Shown here: piece by piece, positions 1-14,118 of the stretch
Numbering within the stretch: position 1 is the first letter of the stretch
Layout: every line of letters begins with the position of its first letter
Assembly: GCF_016432865.1 (NCBI RefSeq)
Contig: NC_067400.1
Location: 77,314,001 to 77,378,000, forward strand
Length of the DNA: 64,000 bases
Direction of reading: 5' to 3'
Source of the DNA: Antechinus flavipes
Taxonomy: Eukaryota
Made by a program: the position numbers and the translations under genes
The notes under the pieces: model-generated
The model's input: only the letters and a program-made list of their open reading frames with translations
What the model was told of the DNA's origin: nothing
The model's database searches: none

Positions 1-534
1 GACATTGTTCCCATCTTTATTGTCAGGAGAAAGAAGATACCATCCTTTTGACTTTTTTTTTTTATCCTAGAGGAGAGGGTGACATTGGGGTTCCATCCAT
101 TTAAAAGACAGAGAAGAAGATGTAGTATGACAGCTTTACTCTGAAATGATTTATATGTGTATGTCAGGGGCCTTAGGCATTCAAGTGTAAGATTGTTATG
201 TTGTTGTTGTTATTGTTATTATTATCATTATCAATTCCCTGCTTAGACCATATCTTTGAATCAAAGGGAACTTTTAGTAGTAGCTCTGGCTTCTCTGTCT
301 CCAGATCCCTTCTTATCCAGAGAATTGAATTGTCATTCTACATTTTAAACTCTCTGTATACCTGGGAAATAGTCATTACTGAGTCCTCCTTCAGTCTCCT
401 TCCACTGTTAACTTATATCTCCTGCTGGAGAGAAACGAGTTCATTCTATTCTGTTTGTCCTAGTTGGTATATACTGACATCTTTAACTTCCTTTATAGCA
501 AAGGTAGTCACTAAATGACCCCTGCCTTAATTTT

Positions 535-965
535 NNNNNNNNNNNNNNNNNNNNNNNNNNNNNNNNNNNNNNNNNNNNNNNNNNNNNNNNNNNNNNNNNN
601 NNNNNNNNNNNNNNNNNNNNNNNNNNNNNNNNNNNNNNNNNNNNNNNNNNNNNNNNNNNNNNNNNNNNNNNNNNNNNNNNNNNNNNNNNNNNNNNNNNNN
701 NNNNNNNNNNNNNNNNNNNNNNNNNNNNNNNNNNNNNNNNNNNNNNNNNNNNNNNNNNNNNNNNNNNNNNNNNNNNNNNNNNNNNNNNNNNNNNNNNNNN
801 NNNNNNNNNNNNNNNNNNNNNNNNNNNNNNNNNNNNNNNNNNNNNNNNNNNNNNNNNNNNNNNNNNNNNNNNNNNNNNNNNNNNNNNNNNNNNNNNNNNN
901 NNNNNNNNNNNNNNNNNNNNNNNNNNNNNNNNNNNNNNNNNNNNNNNNNNNNNNNNNNNNNNNNN
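535..965. other. Assembly gap (N)
   Basis: Run of N. Confidence 1.
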
Positions 966-1568
966 TGTAAGTTTTTGTTTTAGGGTGTACTATTCTGATG
1001 CAAACTGTTTTGGTGCTTTTATTATAATTTTGCTTATTGTATGTGTATGTGTGTGTGTATGTGTGTGTAGATAGTTAGGGCAGGAGTTTGCTGAAAATTT
1101 AGGACAGCTCCTCATCTTAAATAGCTTTGATTTGGAATGGGATTTATTTCATCTCTATACACTTCTGCTTTCTTTCCAGAATTCATCAGTGCCTTTGCTT
1201 CAATTAAGCTTGATAGAGTTGGTAGTCAGACAGGAGGAATTCTTCCTTCTTATAGTCTATAACTATTAAGCTTATGTTAGATTTGGGGAGGGAAGATGGT
1301 CGCTGCAGCTAATCTTTTTTTCATCCTGCTATATTCACACATATTGTCATTAGGGTAGATGTTCATCCTTGAAAACACACATACTCACTTGAGAAGAATT
1401 CCTTGTGAACTTCACAACATTGGTCTTCTTAAAAGGTACACTCAGGATAGAAATTCACTGCTAATGTAAGCTTTTTAATCAAGGTATATGTGATCCAGTG
1501 TTCTTGCTTCCTGTTTGGGGGCCTGTTTATCCACAGGATTGCCTTCATAGAATGTGGGTTCTTCTTGC

Positions 1569-1570
<2 letters not shown>

Positions 1571-1616
<46 letters not shown>

Positions 1617-1618
1617 TG
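1571..1618. repeat. (TG)n microsatellite
   Basis: Direct reading. Confidence 0.98.
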
Positions 1619-4600
1619 TCCTAAGAACTTTACCCTGTTGGGGATTTTAATCTATTCAGATTTCTGAATGGCAGTCCACTATGTATGGATGCTATAACTA
1701 TTGGTCAGTGATAAAGATTGGTCTCTTGATTAAATATCAAAACCCTGGATGCAGCTGTGGTTTGTATGGTGATAATTTTGCCTGTTTGATGTGATAAAGA
1801 TATCTTTTAATACTTGTTTAAAAATATTCTTGCTTTATGTTGAAATCAGGGAATCTTTAAGGCTAGTATTTGACACCAATTAATTATTGAATGAAAACTG
1901 TTCTACCTGCAATATAATTGGTGTCTAGATATGGTTACAAAGTATTGCAGCTTAGTCAGGTCTGCAACAGATTAGCCATGGGGCATTGCAGGTGCAGTTT
2001 CTAATAGGCACCTTTCAAGATCTCCTTAGAATAGTTAAAGCTGGTAAGAGTGTTACAAATATTCATACATAGTATGATTTGTACATTGTATAATCTCCTT
2101 GGCCACACCAGACCAGGAAATAGCCCTCATTCAGAAGTGGTTAGAGCTGGCAATTTGCCTGCCATCTGTCACTAAATATACAGGATTTGTCAAAAATCCC
2201 TTTGTAGTATGTTGAGAGTCAAGTCCTTGTACATAAGGAGTCTGACTTGGAAGCCAAAGGTAGGAGAATCAATAGAATTTTGAATATGGAAGGGACCTTA
2301 CTATAATTTAACCACCTCATTTGCCAGATGAAGAAACTGAGTTCCAGAGAAAGGAAGTACCTTTATTAAGGTCATGATAGCTAATCAGTGGAAGAGTAAG
2401 ATCTAGAACCTAGGTGTTCCCAGTTCCCAGATCAAAGTCCACTTTTTTACATGGAATAAGATTCAGAATTGCTCTTAATTCTTCTTGGTTTTTTTTTATT
2501 TTTATTTTTCATTTAAAGGAGGTGATTTCCTTGATGTTTAATATAAAGATGCAAAAAATTCTTGGGAATTAGTTACATAATTAAAAAAAATTTATGTTAC
2601 CTAGAAGAATAGACAGGTCTAGTACAGTAAGTAATCACCACTATGTGAGTAATATGGAATTGTGTATGGGGGAGAAATACTTGGAAATGTGGGTGGGGGA
2701 GAATTTGGGTTGGGGGTGGTTCTGGATAGAAGATAGAGCTGGTGTTTCACATAGAAAGCTTCAATCCAGAAAATGCTTTGTCTTTGACCTGCTTGCAGCA
2801 GAGCTTGCAGCTCTAATGGAAATCCACGTGCCAGTTCATGAAAACCTTTTGTGAAGTGTTTCTAAACTCATGAGTAGGTTGGAGGAGTGGCAAGGCTCTG
2901 CTGTTTAAATGTTTAAAATGGAGGGGGGAGAATCTAACCCCCCAATTTCACTATATTTTGCAGCAATCAACAAAGAAGAGAAAGCTCCAGCTCTCTTTGT
3001 TAATAAGACAATTTTAGGGGTTGGAAATGATGCAGTATTGGTTCACAGTAGTCATTTATCCCTTGGGAGAAGAGTAGTTAGTTTCCTGGATTTAGGTGAC
3101 AGAACAGTTCTCTATTTCCTGTCCCTTCCTCCTTTTTCCAGATTTGTTAGGATCAATAAGATGCAAAGAAATCCTTACAATGGGATTTTGTCTAAATGTA
3201 AAAAGAGTGAAAAGAGGTGAACATTTTTGCAGGTATTTATCTTATACAAGAGATCTTGTGAATAACTTGCTGTTTAGAATAAGGGAGCTTCTGAAGGGTC
3301 CAAGGGCCTTTGACTTAGCCCATTGGTTAAAATTGGATATTTTTGGGTAGTATTAAATCCAAATAGTATTAAATCAGTTTTTTGTTTTGCTTTCACCCAG
3401 AAGAGTTAAAGGTAGATCTCTTTGTCCCCTATTTCGTAATAAGGGTGCCCAGAGGTTTGCTTAACCTGATCAAATTCCATTTCTGGTACCCATGTGTTGT
3501 TCGGAATTGCATTCCTATCCTGACTTGGTTCAGATAATTCATTCTTTGGGCACTCAGCCCTGGTTTTTCATGTTCCCAAGACTGCTTTGAGGTTTTAAAG
3601 TAATGGACTTCTATACAGATATTTGTCAGATGGTGGCTGATCTGCATCTCCATATTCCTTTAAGCTGTACTCATTTGAAAGCAGGCTGAGCTTGAAGAAG
3701 TTTTCCTTCTAATATAAAGAAAACAAAGCCACTGAGGGGGACTTAAAATGGGGCTATTTTCAGATAAAATAGGTTCAGACATTGAAGAAAATTTTGGAAT
3801 ATTTTTTCCCCTTCTTCTTTTTTCTTAACTGATGCTGGCTATCCAAACACGTAGGATCATAGATTTAGATATAGGTGGAAGAGACATTGAAAATCTTCTG
3901 ATCCAAATCCTTCACATTACATCTGAAGAAACTGAGACCTAAAGAGATTAATTGAGTTGTCGATGGTTACAAAGATAGAAAGTGACAAAGTGAGGTCTGA
4001 GCTCCAGATCTAATGTCTCCCTTTCTGTATATATTTCTGTGTCTGCCTCTATCTTCTTGCCACTCTCCCTTTTTCTCCCACTTTGTTTTCTCTTTCCATC
4101 TCTCTTTGTCTCTTCCTCTCTTTCCCCCTTTTTAAGAGAATTTTTTTGTATGGTTGGCAAGGGAAAACATTATGAGGGAGTGCTTAATATTAAATAATGC
4201 TTTTTGGGAAGTTCACGAGAGCAATAAAAATTGCAATTATCCATGGCTAAATTATCCTACTGGGTATATTTCTTCACCAGTGACCTCTACTCTAATTGTA
4301 GGGAACTTTCACTCACCTTTCAGACCCTGGTTAACAGGGATTAAATAGAGAGTAGTCTTGGTATTGGCACCTAGTTTGAAGGATGGGTGATTGTGGATGG
4401 CATGGAAGGGAGTAGGAGCAGGGGCTTTTATTAAATCTTTTCAATGTCTGCTTTTTAATCTGTCGTCTTTGTTCCTATTTACAGTCCATAGCCACTGCCT
4501 TGAGTGATTTCTTTGTAATTCATCTGAGTAATATTGGTGTAACTGACTAAAACTAGATCATGGAATTTGCATTCTTAGGTTGGTATGATAACAAGAACTT

Positions 4601-5115
4601 TCATTTATATAGCACTTTACTACTTAGAAAGCACTTCCCTCACAACAGTCAAATTTTTGTTACCTCCCATTTTAAAGATATAAAAACTAAGGTGTCCTGA
4701 GATTGTTACTTGCCAAGTAACACATGTAAAAGCCAAAAATTGAACTCTTGTCCTTCAGATTCCAAATCTTGCATTCTTTCTACTATCTCAGATTGTCTAC
4801 ATATCTAACTCTTTAAGAATGCATATGAACTCTGGGGCAAGATCAGCCTGCTAGCTCAAAGCTTTGTTTTTGTTTGTTACTATGAGGGAATATTAAACAT
4901 TCTTAGCATGCCCTTCTCCTGAAGGGCTCAGAAAGCTTCACTCAGTTCCTGTTCATTAACACGTCTTCCCTGTAATTAGGGAGGAGGAAGGAATTCCAGT
5001 GTTAACCTTTCACAGGTAACGAGATTGAGACAGAGGAAGAATAAATATATATATTTTTTAAGGTTATATAGCAGATTATAGGCAGAGCCAGTCCAATATA
5101 GAATTCAGCTTCTCA

Positions 5116-5252
5116 NNNNNNNNNNNNNNNNNNNNNNNNNNNNNNNNNNNNNNNNNNNNNNNNNNNNNNNNNNNNNNNNNNNNNNNNNNNNNNNNNNNNN
5201 NNNNNNNNNNNNNNNNNNNNNNNNNNNNNNNNNNNNNNNNNNNNNNNNNNNN
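5116..5252. other. Assembly gap (N)
   Basis: Run of N. Confidence 1.
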
Positions 5253-7037
5253 TGTGTGTAAAAGAGAGACAGAGACAGAGAGAAAGGGGTGGGTGGGAGT
5301 TAGTGCAATGTAATGTCTTGAGTACTTGATTTGGGATAGAAACTTCAGATTTAAATCTTGTCCCTGATACTTACTGGCAGTGTAGCCATGATCAGAACAG
5401 AAGATCAGGTCTAGTGCTAGAAAGGACTACATCTGATACAACCACTAAATGCTACCTAGTCTAACAATTTAACTTCTCTGGACCTTAGTTTCTTAATTTT
5501 TAAAATGAGGAGAGTGCTTGAAATATCTTGTGATATACAGGGTTGTTCAGAGTCTCAAATGTGACAATATATGTACAACATTTTGCCAACTTTAAAACAC
5601 TATATATTTTGGTAATTCATGTATTATTATTGTCCAACTGTTGCTTCATCAAAAGGCGAAAATGACTGTGGGCTCTTTTTGGTTATGTCAGTAGATTCAA
5701 AGCTCTGATCATGTCTTACCAAGCTGGAAAATTTTCAGATACAGGCTTTGGGATTTCCTTTCATGAGGTCAGGCTCGAAAAGAAAATCTCACCCAGAGAT
5801 TTTCATTACCTGACAATGAACTTTTTGGCTTCTGCAGTTCATGGTTCCATTGACTCAGGTGTGTTAGGAATACCCATGTTGATGAAATTATATCTCTTCA
5901 AGCAGATGGTACCATCATTGAAAAAATCTCAGAACCTCTTCTAACATGAGCAGTCTCATGAGACTGGAGGAGTTTCTGTGGCTCTGGGAGGGAGCAGATT
6001 GTTGGGGTGAGAGCATGACTTTATTATTTTCTTTATCACAGTAAACTGTGATGAAGTAACTTCTCATACTTTTATTGGGATCGGGAGGAGAACAGAAATG
6101 GTCTGTTGCCCCTGGAATCTCAGTCTGGATTTGATATCGGGCTTGGTCTACAGAAGGTACATTTCTGTTTCTTTTGAGCTTTAATGATTACTAACTCTAT
6201 TTTTCCAATGTGAAAATGATTTCTTTCTTTTTTTTTTTCCTTTAGAGTCAGAATTAAGCATAGCTACTATAATGTAGTGCTGGTTACTACACCTGCTATT
6301 TCTGCCATACCTGATGACTGAGCTTATATTGGCTTATGAGAGTGAATAAGATTTTATGAGATCTATAAATATCTTGGATAGGATTTTTATTTCATTTTCC
6401 CCCCTTCAAATAAGACATAATGGAAGCACTCACATACACAAGGAATATTCTTTCCATGATAAAATGGGGAGTTCTAGAATTGGCCTCTGAAAAGCAATAA
6501 TTTGATATGGTTTTTCATGTTTGGAGTGTATTGGGGGGGCGGGGAAGAAATACATACACTACCATAAAACCAAAAGATGATTTCCAGGTATTTAGGGCTG
6601 ATCACACCACCTACTGAGAGATTTATTTTATGTTCTGAGATGCTGGTCCTGAAGTTGTACTTATTCCTTAGCTCAGTATGTTTTGTATTTTCATAGCTTT
6701 AGAGAAAATAAGAGAAGGAAAATCCCTGTTGCTTCAAGAAGGTTCCATGAAATATCCTTTCCCTTCCTTTGTCTGCTCTAGTTTCAAATGTCCCAAGAGA
6801 GTATGCTCTCATGCTTCCCTTGGATTAACTGACTCCTTCCCTGGGAAGATTTCTCATGCTAATGTATCTCATGGTTAACATTCCACCCCCCTACCACAAC
6901 CCTCCCACCCCAGAATTTTAGTATTTTAAAAAATTCAGGCTTATTCCACTTCTTTCAGCCATTTTCAATATTAGGAGGCTTTTGTTCTTAACTTGTTACT
7001 TAAGCGGTTTATAGTTTGGAGCCCTGGATTTTTAACC

Positions 7038-7040
<3 letters not shown>

Positions 7041-7076
<36 letters not shown>
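7041..7076. repeat. (AC)n microsatellite
   Basis: Direct reading. Confidence 0.98.
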
Positions 7077-7078
<2 letters not shown>

Positions 7079-7559
7079 GTGTGTATTCCCCCCTCCCCAG
7101 TTTTTTCTCAAAATCTGCATGATATTTTTAGAGTTTTATCAGCCATGCTTATAAAACAGTAGTAGTATGCCCTACATGATACATACAGTCAACAGTGTGA
7201 TGAGAATGTTGTTCATCACTTTGGGCTAGATTTCCACCAGAAAGATTTTGTATAACTCAAAAACTTCAGGGTGTTTAGTTAATTTTGAGATTCTAACTTT
7301 ACTTTCTATTGTCAAATTGAAGTTTAACAATCCCTAATCTCTCCTCATAAATTTGTCTAGACTATGACATCACATTGACTCATTTATTTTTTTTTCCAAT
7401 TCAAGCCTTTATCAAGCAAATACTGTGTTCTAAAGGCAGTGTTAGGCTCCCATATACAAAGACAAAAAAGACAACAATTTCCACCCTCAAGAAAGCTTCC
7501 ATTCTAGTGGGTCTTTAACTTTCACTTCTACCTTGTTTACTTTAAATTAAAAAAAAAAG

Positions 7560-7800
7560 CAAGGTAGCTGAGGAGCAACTTGGTAGAGTGGGATAGAGAG
7601 CTGATTTGTAAGTCAAATAGAGTTTAGTTCAGGTGCTGCATCTGACACACACTGATTGTGTGACTTTGAGTAAGTCATGTATCTCTCACTATTCTAGGTA
7701 ACTCTTTAAAGACTATAAGTTTCAGAGAAGATATTAATCTGTACTGGTAGAGTTTCTTCACTTGGAAGTTCTCTATGTGAATGAAATTACAGTCCTTAAA
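7560..7800 (+). mobile_element. Mar3-type SINE
   Basis: Decayed head plus ggtaactctttaaagactataagtttcagagaagat...ggaagttctctatgtgaatgaaattacagtcc. Confidence 0.6.
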
Positions 7801-10800
7801 TGAGGAGGTGGTTTAATAGCCCAAGAATTGGGCTATTAAGGTTTTTTTTTTTTTTTAAATGGTTCTCAGTGTAGTGTAGTTGAAAGTATGGGCATATACC
7901 TCTGGTTGGCAGTTTGATATGGATTGCAGGTCTGATTCTATAACTAATTGAATTCAATAAAACATGGTAACTCTTCACTTTTTTTGCATAAAACTGTGCT
8001 TGCTAATTAATGCAGAAGACAATATTATGTAGTTTTCTGCTTACTTATAAATCTTTTGGGGGTGTAGAGAGGTGATATGGATGCAAAGTCCAACACCATT
8101 TTGTACAAAGATGCTACGTGATTTATACAGAAGGGAAAGACTGAAGGTGCTTTCTTGTAGGAGTGAATGTAGGCAGTTAGGTGTATCTTCAAAGAAATGT
8201 TGGCATCTGAGTAATAGGATTTAGACTGGAGATGCAATAGAAAGCCTACTTTGGGGGCAGGGGATTTGGGTTCTATGACAATTTCTATTTTTTTTTCTAT
8301 GACAATTTCTATAAGCCATTTAATCTCCTTAGCCTCAGTTTTCTCACCTGTAATATGAACAGATTGGACTACTTGGCTTTTTAGTTTCCTTTCATCTCTA
8401 TATCTATGATTATATTTCCCTTCCTGAAAGGGGGAAGGATATTCTAGGTAGTGAATAGGTGAGAAAGTATAAAAGCATGAGGAATTATCAGTGATGACTG
8501 GGTTGTGATTTTTGGCAAATTATTTAACTTCTGCCATGTCTCAGTTTGCTATCTGTAAAGTGAGAGTATTAGACTAAATGATCTTGAATTTCTTTCTCTG
8601 AGTTAGGACAATTATATTGTCTTTTGATATTTTATCTTATCAAAAGCTCTTGAAACTGGTTTGATTTCTCCAGTTAGCCCTAAGCCTCCATGATTTACTT
8701 TCCTGATTTCTCCTTCTCGAATGTCTTTGTCTGGGATTCATTTTTATGAAATAATTTCCAAATTGGATCTCACATTTTCCTAGTCATCCAGGCTCTGTTG
8801 TAGATCATAGAAATCTGGGATGGAAAAGACCATCTGGTTCATCCCCCTGCCTGGGCTGAGCAGTTGCTCTAATAATGTTCATTCCTTATTGGTATTTGCA
8901 ACATTTTCCAATTTGGAATCAGACACTGAGTTTCCTTAGCAGGCAGTCTCTTCTTGGTCATAAGTGGGTGTTAAATGGGACAAGACCTAACAATAATCTC
9001 CCTAGTCTATTAGACATCTCTGCAACTAAAGAGAGGGCCAGTTGTCACTGTTCTTTCTGCCAGATTTTAGACCTTGTGACTGTGTCACTATTTGAGGATA
9101 TGTGATAGAGGTGGGTGGGTAAAAGCAACTTCCTTTGTAGTCAAGTGTTTGCCCAGATAAAGGATATAACCTCTTCTGGGCTTCCTTCATTTGGTAGAAG
9201 AGAACTTTGTGCAGATTTTTACTAAGCTCTTTTCCATCTCTACAGATGCTTCATTTTTGAGGAGCTGTTTTACATGACTTAGTCTACAAGATAATATCTT
9301 AATGTGGGAAAACTTCAGGAACCTATAATTACTTTTTTTTTTTTTTTTGATATTCAAGACTCCTGTTTTCAGACCTTTGTCATGATGGTTTCTCAAACTT
9401 TCTCACTGATGCGTATTGCATTCATTTCCCAATATTCTTAGATTTCTATTCTCCATTAGGCATTTTGGTATTTTGTTTGTATTGGCTATCCATTATAAAG
9501 CTTACCAAACATTTATTAAGCATCTTCCCATACTGTTTATATAATATTGTACTTGGCACTGGTGAATATATAATGTTTATATAATATAAGGTCTCTGCCC
9601 TTCAGATGTTTGCAGTAGAAGAGAAAGAAGATGAACACAATATTTAATAGACACACAATTATATGGCTATAGCAAAGAATTAGATAACAAAGTGCTACAT
9701 GATATTTAAGAAAGAAGGTGCTTATTGAGTAGATCAAGGAAGTCTTCTGGAAGAAGGTGGCATTTGAGAATGGGTTTTCAAAGATGAATAGGAATTTAAC
9801 AGGGAGAGTCTTTAGACTTACTAGGTCGTCATTTTAGAGTTATTATCATTTTTTTTCCTCTTTTGGAAGTTAATCATTTAAAATACTTATTTGCTTTTGA
9901 TGTTCCACTTGAGATGTTCAGGAAAGTTCATTGGACAATTCCTGAAATGTTAAAATTATTTGATTGTTGTCAGCATAATGGAAACATTTCCATTTCCAAT
10001 AATGAACATATTTTCATTCTCTTTTTATATTTATAGCTGTCCAAAGTAATTCTTTCCTCTGTCTTGTGCATATTTTTAGTTTTTTTTTTTTAGTGATCAT
10101 TTTACAATATGTTAAATTATAAGATGAAATAAACATTCTTTGTAGAAGAAAAGGGAAAAAAACCACAGGTTACTTATTTTCATGCCCAAATATGTCTCTT
10201 TGTTCCAATATTCAACTATTGTATCCTTGGTTCCTTTGTTTCTCTCCCCCACTCACAGAAGCTAAGAACAAAGGATCATAATATTTGGTTCCAAAAAGAA
10301 CTTTAGGGATAATCTTGTCCACCCCTGTCATTTTGAAGTTGAGGAAACCGAGGTCCATTAAGGTCAAGTTTCATTTTAGATGTAGAGATAGGCAAGTCAA
10401 TTTGATTTGGATCTTTATTTTTAAAGCCATTTTAAGACCTCCATAGATCCCAGTTCCCACAATTTTTAATTGCTTGAATTTCATTCTTCTTACGGGTTTT
10501 TATCCTAAGATTCATAGATATTATAGAACTATAGAATCTATAGATTATAGAAATATAAGATTCATAGACTTAAAATTGGAAAGGAACTTGGACATCATGT
10601 AGTCCAATTCCTTCATTTTACAGTTAAGAAGTTAGTTCAAAGTTCATATACTTAATTCTTTCTGGTTCATCTCAATGAAGTTGTCCCTTCAGCTTAGCAC
10701 TGAAAAAATTTCAAATTATTTTTCCAAATGGAGGACTTTAATTAAGTTTTCTTTAGATCGTGTTTTATTTTTGGTTACTTAGAAATTGTCTTTAAGTAAT

Positions 10801-10944
10801 TGGATTTTGTTAAAAATAATCTTTGTAGTGCCTCCTTATAAGGAATTAATTAGGAAATTTCTGTGATCAAACCTAATATTATCTACCAGCAGTGATGTAA
10901 AATATAAAATATAAATAGATTCCTTGCAGGGAACATTAACATTT

Positions 10945-11070
10945 TTGATGTTGTATTGTATTTTTATTTATTTTATTAAACAATACCCAATTACATTTTA
11001 ATCTGGTTCAAGATACCCTTTGGAGTTTTCCAGACCCCATGTGCTGTGAGTTTGATACCTTTGACACCTA
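10945..11070. mobile_element. hAT-Charlie-type MITE fragment
   Basis: ttaaacaatacccaattacatttttaatctggttc...tttgacacc ends in a decayed Charlie-like TIR. Confidence 0.55.
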
Positions 11071-13666
11071 GTATCCAAAAATTCACAGTAATCGAAAAGG
11101 ACCAAGGCTTTTGTTGTTGCTATAGTTGCTTTAGTCCCTTGGTATTTCTTTAGCTATAGAGGCCACACGTACAGCCCTTGATTTCTTAATATAGTGTTTT
11201 TCCTGGAATACCAAGGCCCCAAATCCTTGAACATGAGGTTTACAAGTGACTCCTCTGAAGCTGTTGCTGCTCAGAAATACCCTTTCTTCTTGCTGGAATG
11301 TTGGACTATGTTTTTGTGCTACCCAGGAAATCCGCCTTCCTCTGTATTGGAGATTGGACCTCAGAAACCTTCAGCATTCAGGTCATGTGATTCCCCTTTT
11401 TAGTGCTGCCATCTCTCAGATGGAATTTGTACCATTGCTTTTTTTTTAAGGCCAGGACCACAACATGGGGTCTAGGATATCTCCTGTTCATTTTCGAGAG
11501 AGCTCATTTCATTCCCATATGCTTCTGCCTCAAGGCAGCCATTAGTAGCTCTTGGAGGAGTGACAGTATTTGTTGAATTGAACTATTCATTTCTTGATGT
11601 TGAAGGTTTTATTAGAAAGCATAGGCTTTGTAAAAAAAAAAATCACATTTATAGTACTACTACATAGACAAAAGCTTTAGTTCAGACATAGGTCGAGTAA
11701 ATTTTGGCTCCCATGTCCATTTATTCTTGTTTCCCTCTTTGTTTCTGGATCTTTCTGACCTGTAGTAACCAAAAGTAACAGTCCCTGTTGGTATGCTGTA
11801 AAGTTATGTATTAGTATTTATGGACCAGCAAAATAGAATGGGCAGCTTCTTGCTAAGCACATTTGGGCAAGCCTGGAGTGTAGGCACCAGAAGCTAATTT
11901 CCCCCATGCTAGTCTAACATCTCTGCTGAATCAAGGTAGTGATAAATGCTTAAAGAAATGGTCAAATACCCTAGGAGACAATACAACTGTGTTCAGACAA
12001 AATGGCAGATTTTCTGTTTTAAATTACCTTTCATTATTCTCTCTGGAGGATCCTAAACACATATCTCCATACACACAAACATATATACACATACCCACAT
12101 ATATGCACACACATATGCACACACCCATAGTCACCTAAGAACCTTGCATCATAGAAGAGAGCATGTACATCAATCTTTTGCTTATTTTTAGTAAATCAAT
12201 ATACCAAAGCAGGAGAGAGGTAGAGGCAGTAGTAATAATTATTAACTCATGCATTTACACACAGCATTTTACCCATTTACAAAGCTCATTGAAAAGCTTT
12301 GTGAAGTGAGTGGTGCAAATATTATTTCATTTTGTAAAATTCAGTTCAATTTTGCCATCATTTTTAAGCAGCTGGGCACTGTGATACACGCTAGAAATAC
12401 AAACACACAAAAAAGAAACAATTTTTGCCCTTAAAAAACTTCCATTCTATCACAAAAGTACAATGTATACACAAATGTTTAAATGCAAAATATAGCCAGA
12501 GTGATTTAAAGGGTAAGAGATTTGGGTAAACTGAGGCTGAAAGAGGTTAAGAGATTTGGCTAATGATTATAAGGCTACTAAATTTGGGAATTAAGTAAGG
12601 CCTCTGCCTCAATTTCATGGTAGTAAGGAGTTCATAAGGAAAAGTCTCCGCTTTGTCATTAACTAAATAGAACAGATCTCATACTTTCAGTGATTCAGAT
12701 CATAAGATTGTAGACTGTTAGCTGAGAGTGAATGAGGAAACTGAGACCCAGATAGTTTGAGACTTTTAAAAAATCATATAGGTATTGACAGATTTGGGAT
12801 TAGAACTTGAGTACTCTGATTCCATTTCATTCTGCCTTGGTGCTTACTTTGAATTTTAAAAAATCATATTTTAGGAACTAAGACTTTAGATGGAAATCCT
12901 AAAAAGCTAGAGATAGGAAACTTCTAAAGCCAGATTTGCTAAAGGTTTGTACTTTCCTTAATTAGTATTCATACTACCCTCTACCTGGAATATCCATCTA
13001 AAGCACCAGTTTAGGCTTGTAGTGAGTGATTTGATAAGCACAGTGCTTGCAGCGATATGTAGAGAGGACCAGGATTATAATCTGGCACCATTACAAAGTT
13101 AGTCAATCCATTATTGCCATTGCTTCCACTTTTGCCCTCTTTCTCCAAGCTTCTAGGAAGAAATCCTAATAAGTTGTAAGGTGTTGAGTACCTGAGTTAT
13201 TTTTCTTTTTGATTCTACTGCCCTGCTTACTGACAACTACATAGTAATTACTTACTGTATTCCTTAAATGGAATTGAATGTACTTGGCACCAGCGTCTCT
13301 GCCAGAGTTTCTTTGGAATTTGTTAGGCTATACCTCTGATTTTATGCTTCAGATGGAAATTTCAATCTAGAGCAGAAAATATGATCAAGTCAGGGACACA
13401 TAGGCAGGTTGTGGTTCCCAGTTATTAGTCCTATACATGTTAAATATGTCACAGTACATCCTAGATACAATATATGTGTGCAGAACTGAACAGTTCTCTT
13501 GTTGCACAGGAAGAATTGGATTTAGAAGGTAGAAATAACCCAGGAAGAAAAACAAAAATGCAGTTCACAGTTATTTCCCAGTGTTCCTTCTCTGAGTATA
13601 GCTGATTCTGTTCATCATTAATCTATTGGAACTTAATTAGATCTCTTTGTCTAAGAAATCCACTTC

Positions 13667-14118
13667 CATCAGAATACATCTTCATACAGTATTGTTGTTG
13701 AAGTATATAATGATCTCCTGGTTCTGCTCATTTCACTCAGCATCAGTTCATGTAAGTCTCTCCAAGCCTCTCTGTAATCATCCTGCTGGTCATTTCTTAC
13801 AGAACAATAATATTCTATAACATTCATATGCCACAATTTACCGAACCATTCTCCAATTGATGGGCATCTATTCATTTTCCAGTTTCTAGCCACTACAAAA
13901 AGGGCTGCCACAAACATTTTGGCACATACGGGTCCCTTTCCCTTCTTTAGTATTTTTTTGGGATATATAAACCTAATAGTAACACTGCTGGATAAAAGGG
14001 TATGCACAGTTTGATAACTTTTGGGGCATAATTCCAGATTGCTCTCCAGAATAGTTGGATTCGTTCACAACTCCACCAACAATGTATCAATGTCCCAGTT
14101 TTCCCGCATCCCCTCCAA
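13667..14118 (-). mobile_element. LINE-1 ORF2 C-terminal fragment (truncated at both ends, frameshifted)
   Basis: Minus-strand translations CGKTGTLIHCWWSCERIQLFWRAIW and MFVAALFVVARNWKMNRCPSIGEWFGKLW match the L1 ORF2 Cys-rich C-terminal domain. Confidence 0.95.

Noticed and set aside
10510-10570. Tandem (atcataga)-like repeats
   Set aside because: Ordinary microsatellite tail of a CR1/MIR-type element.
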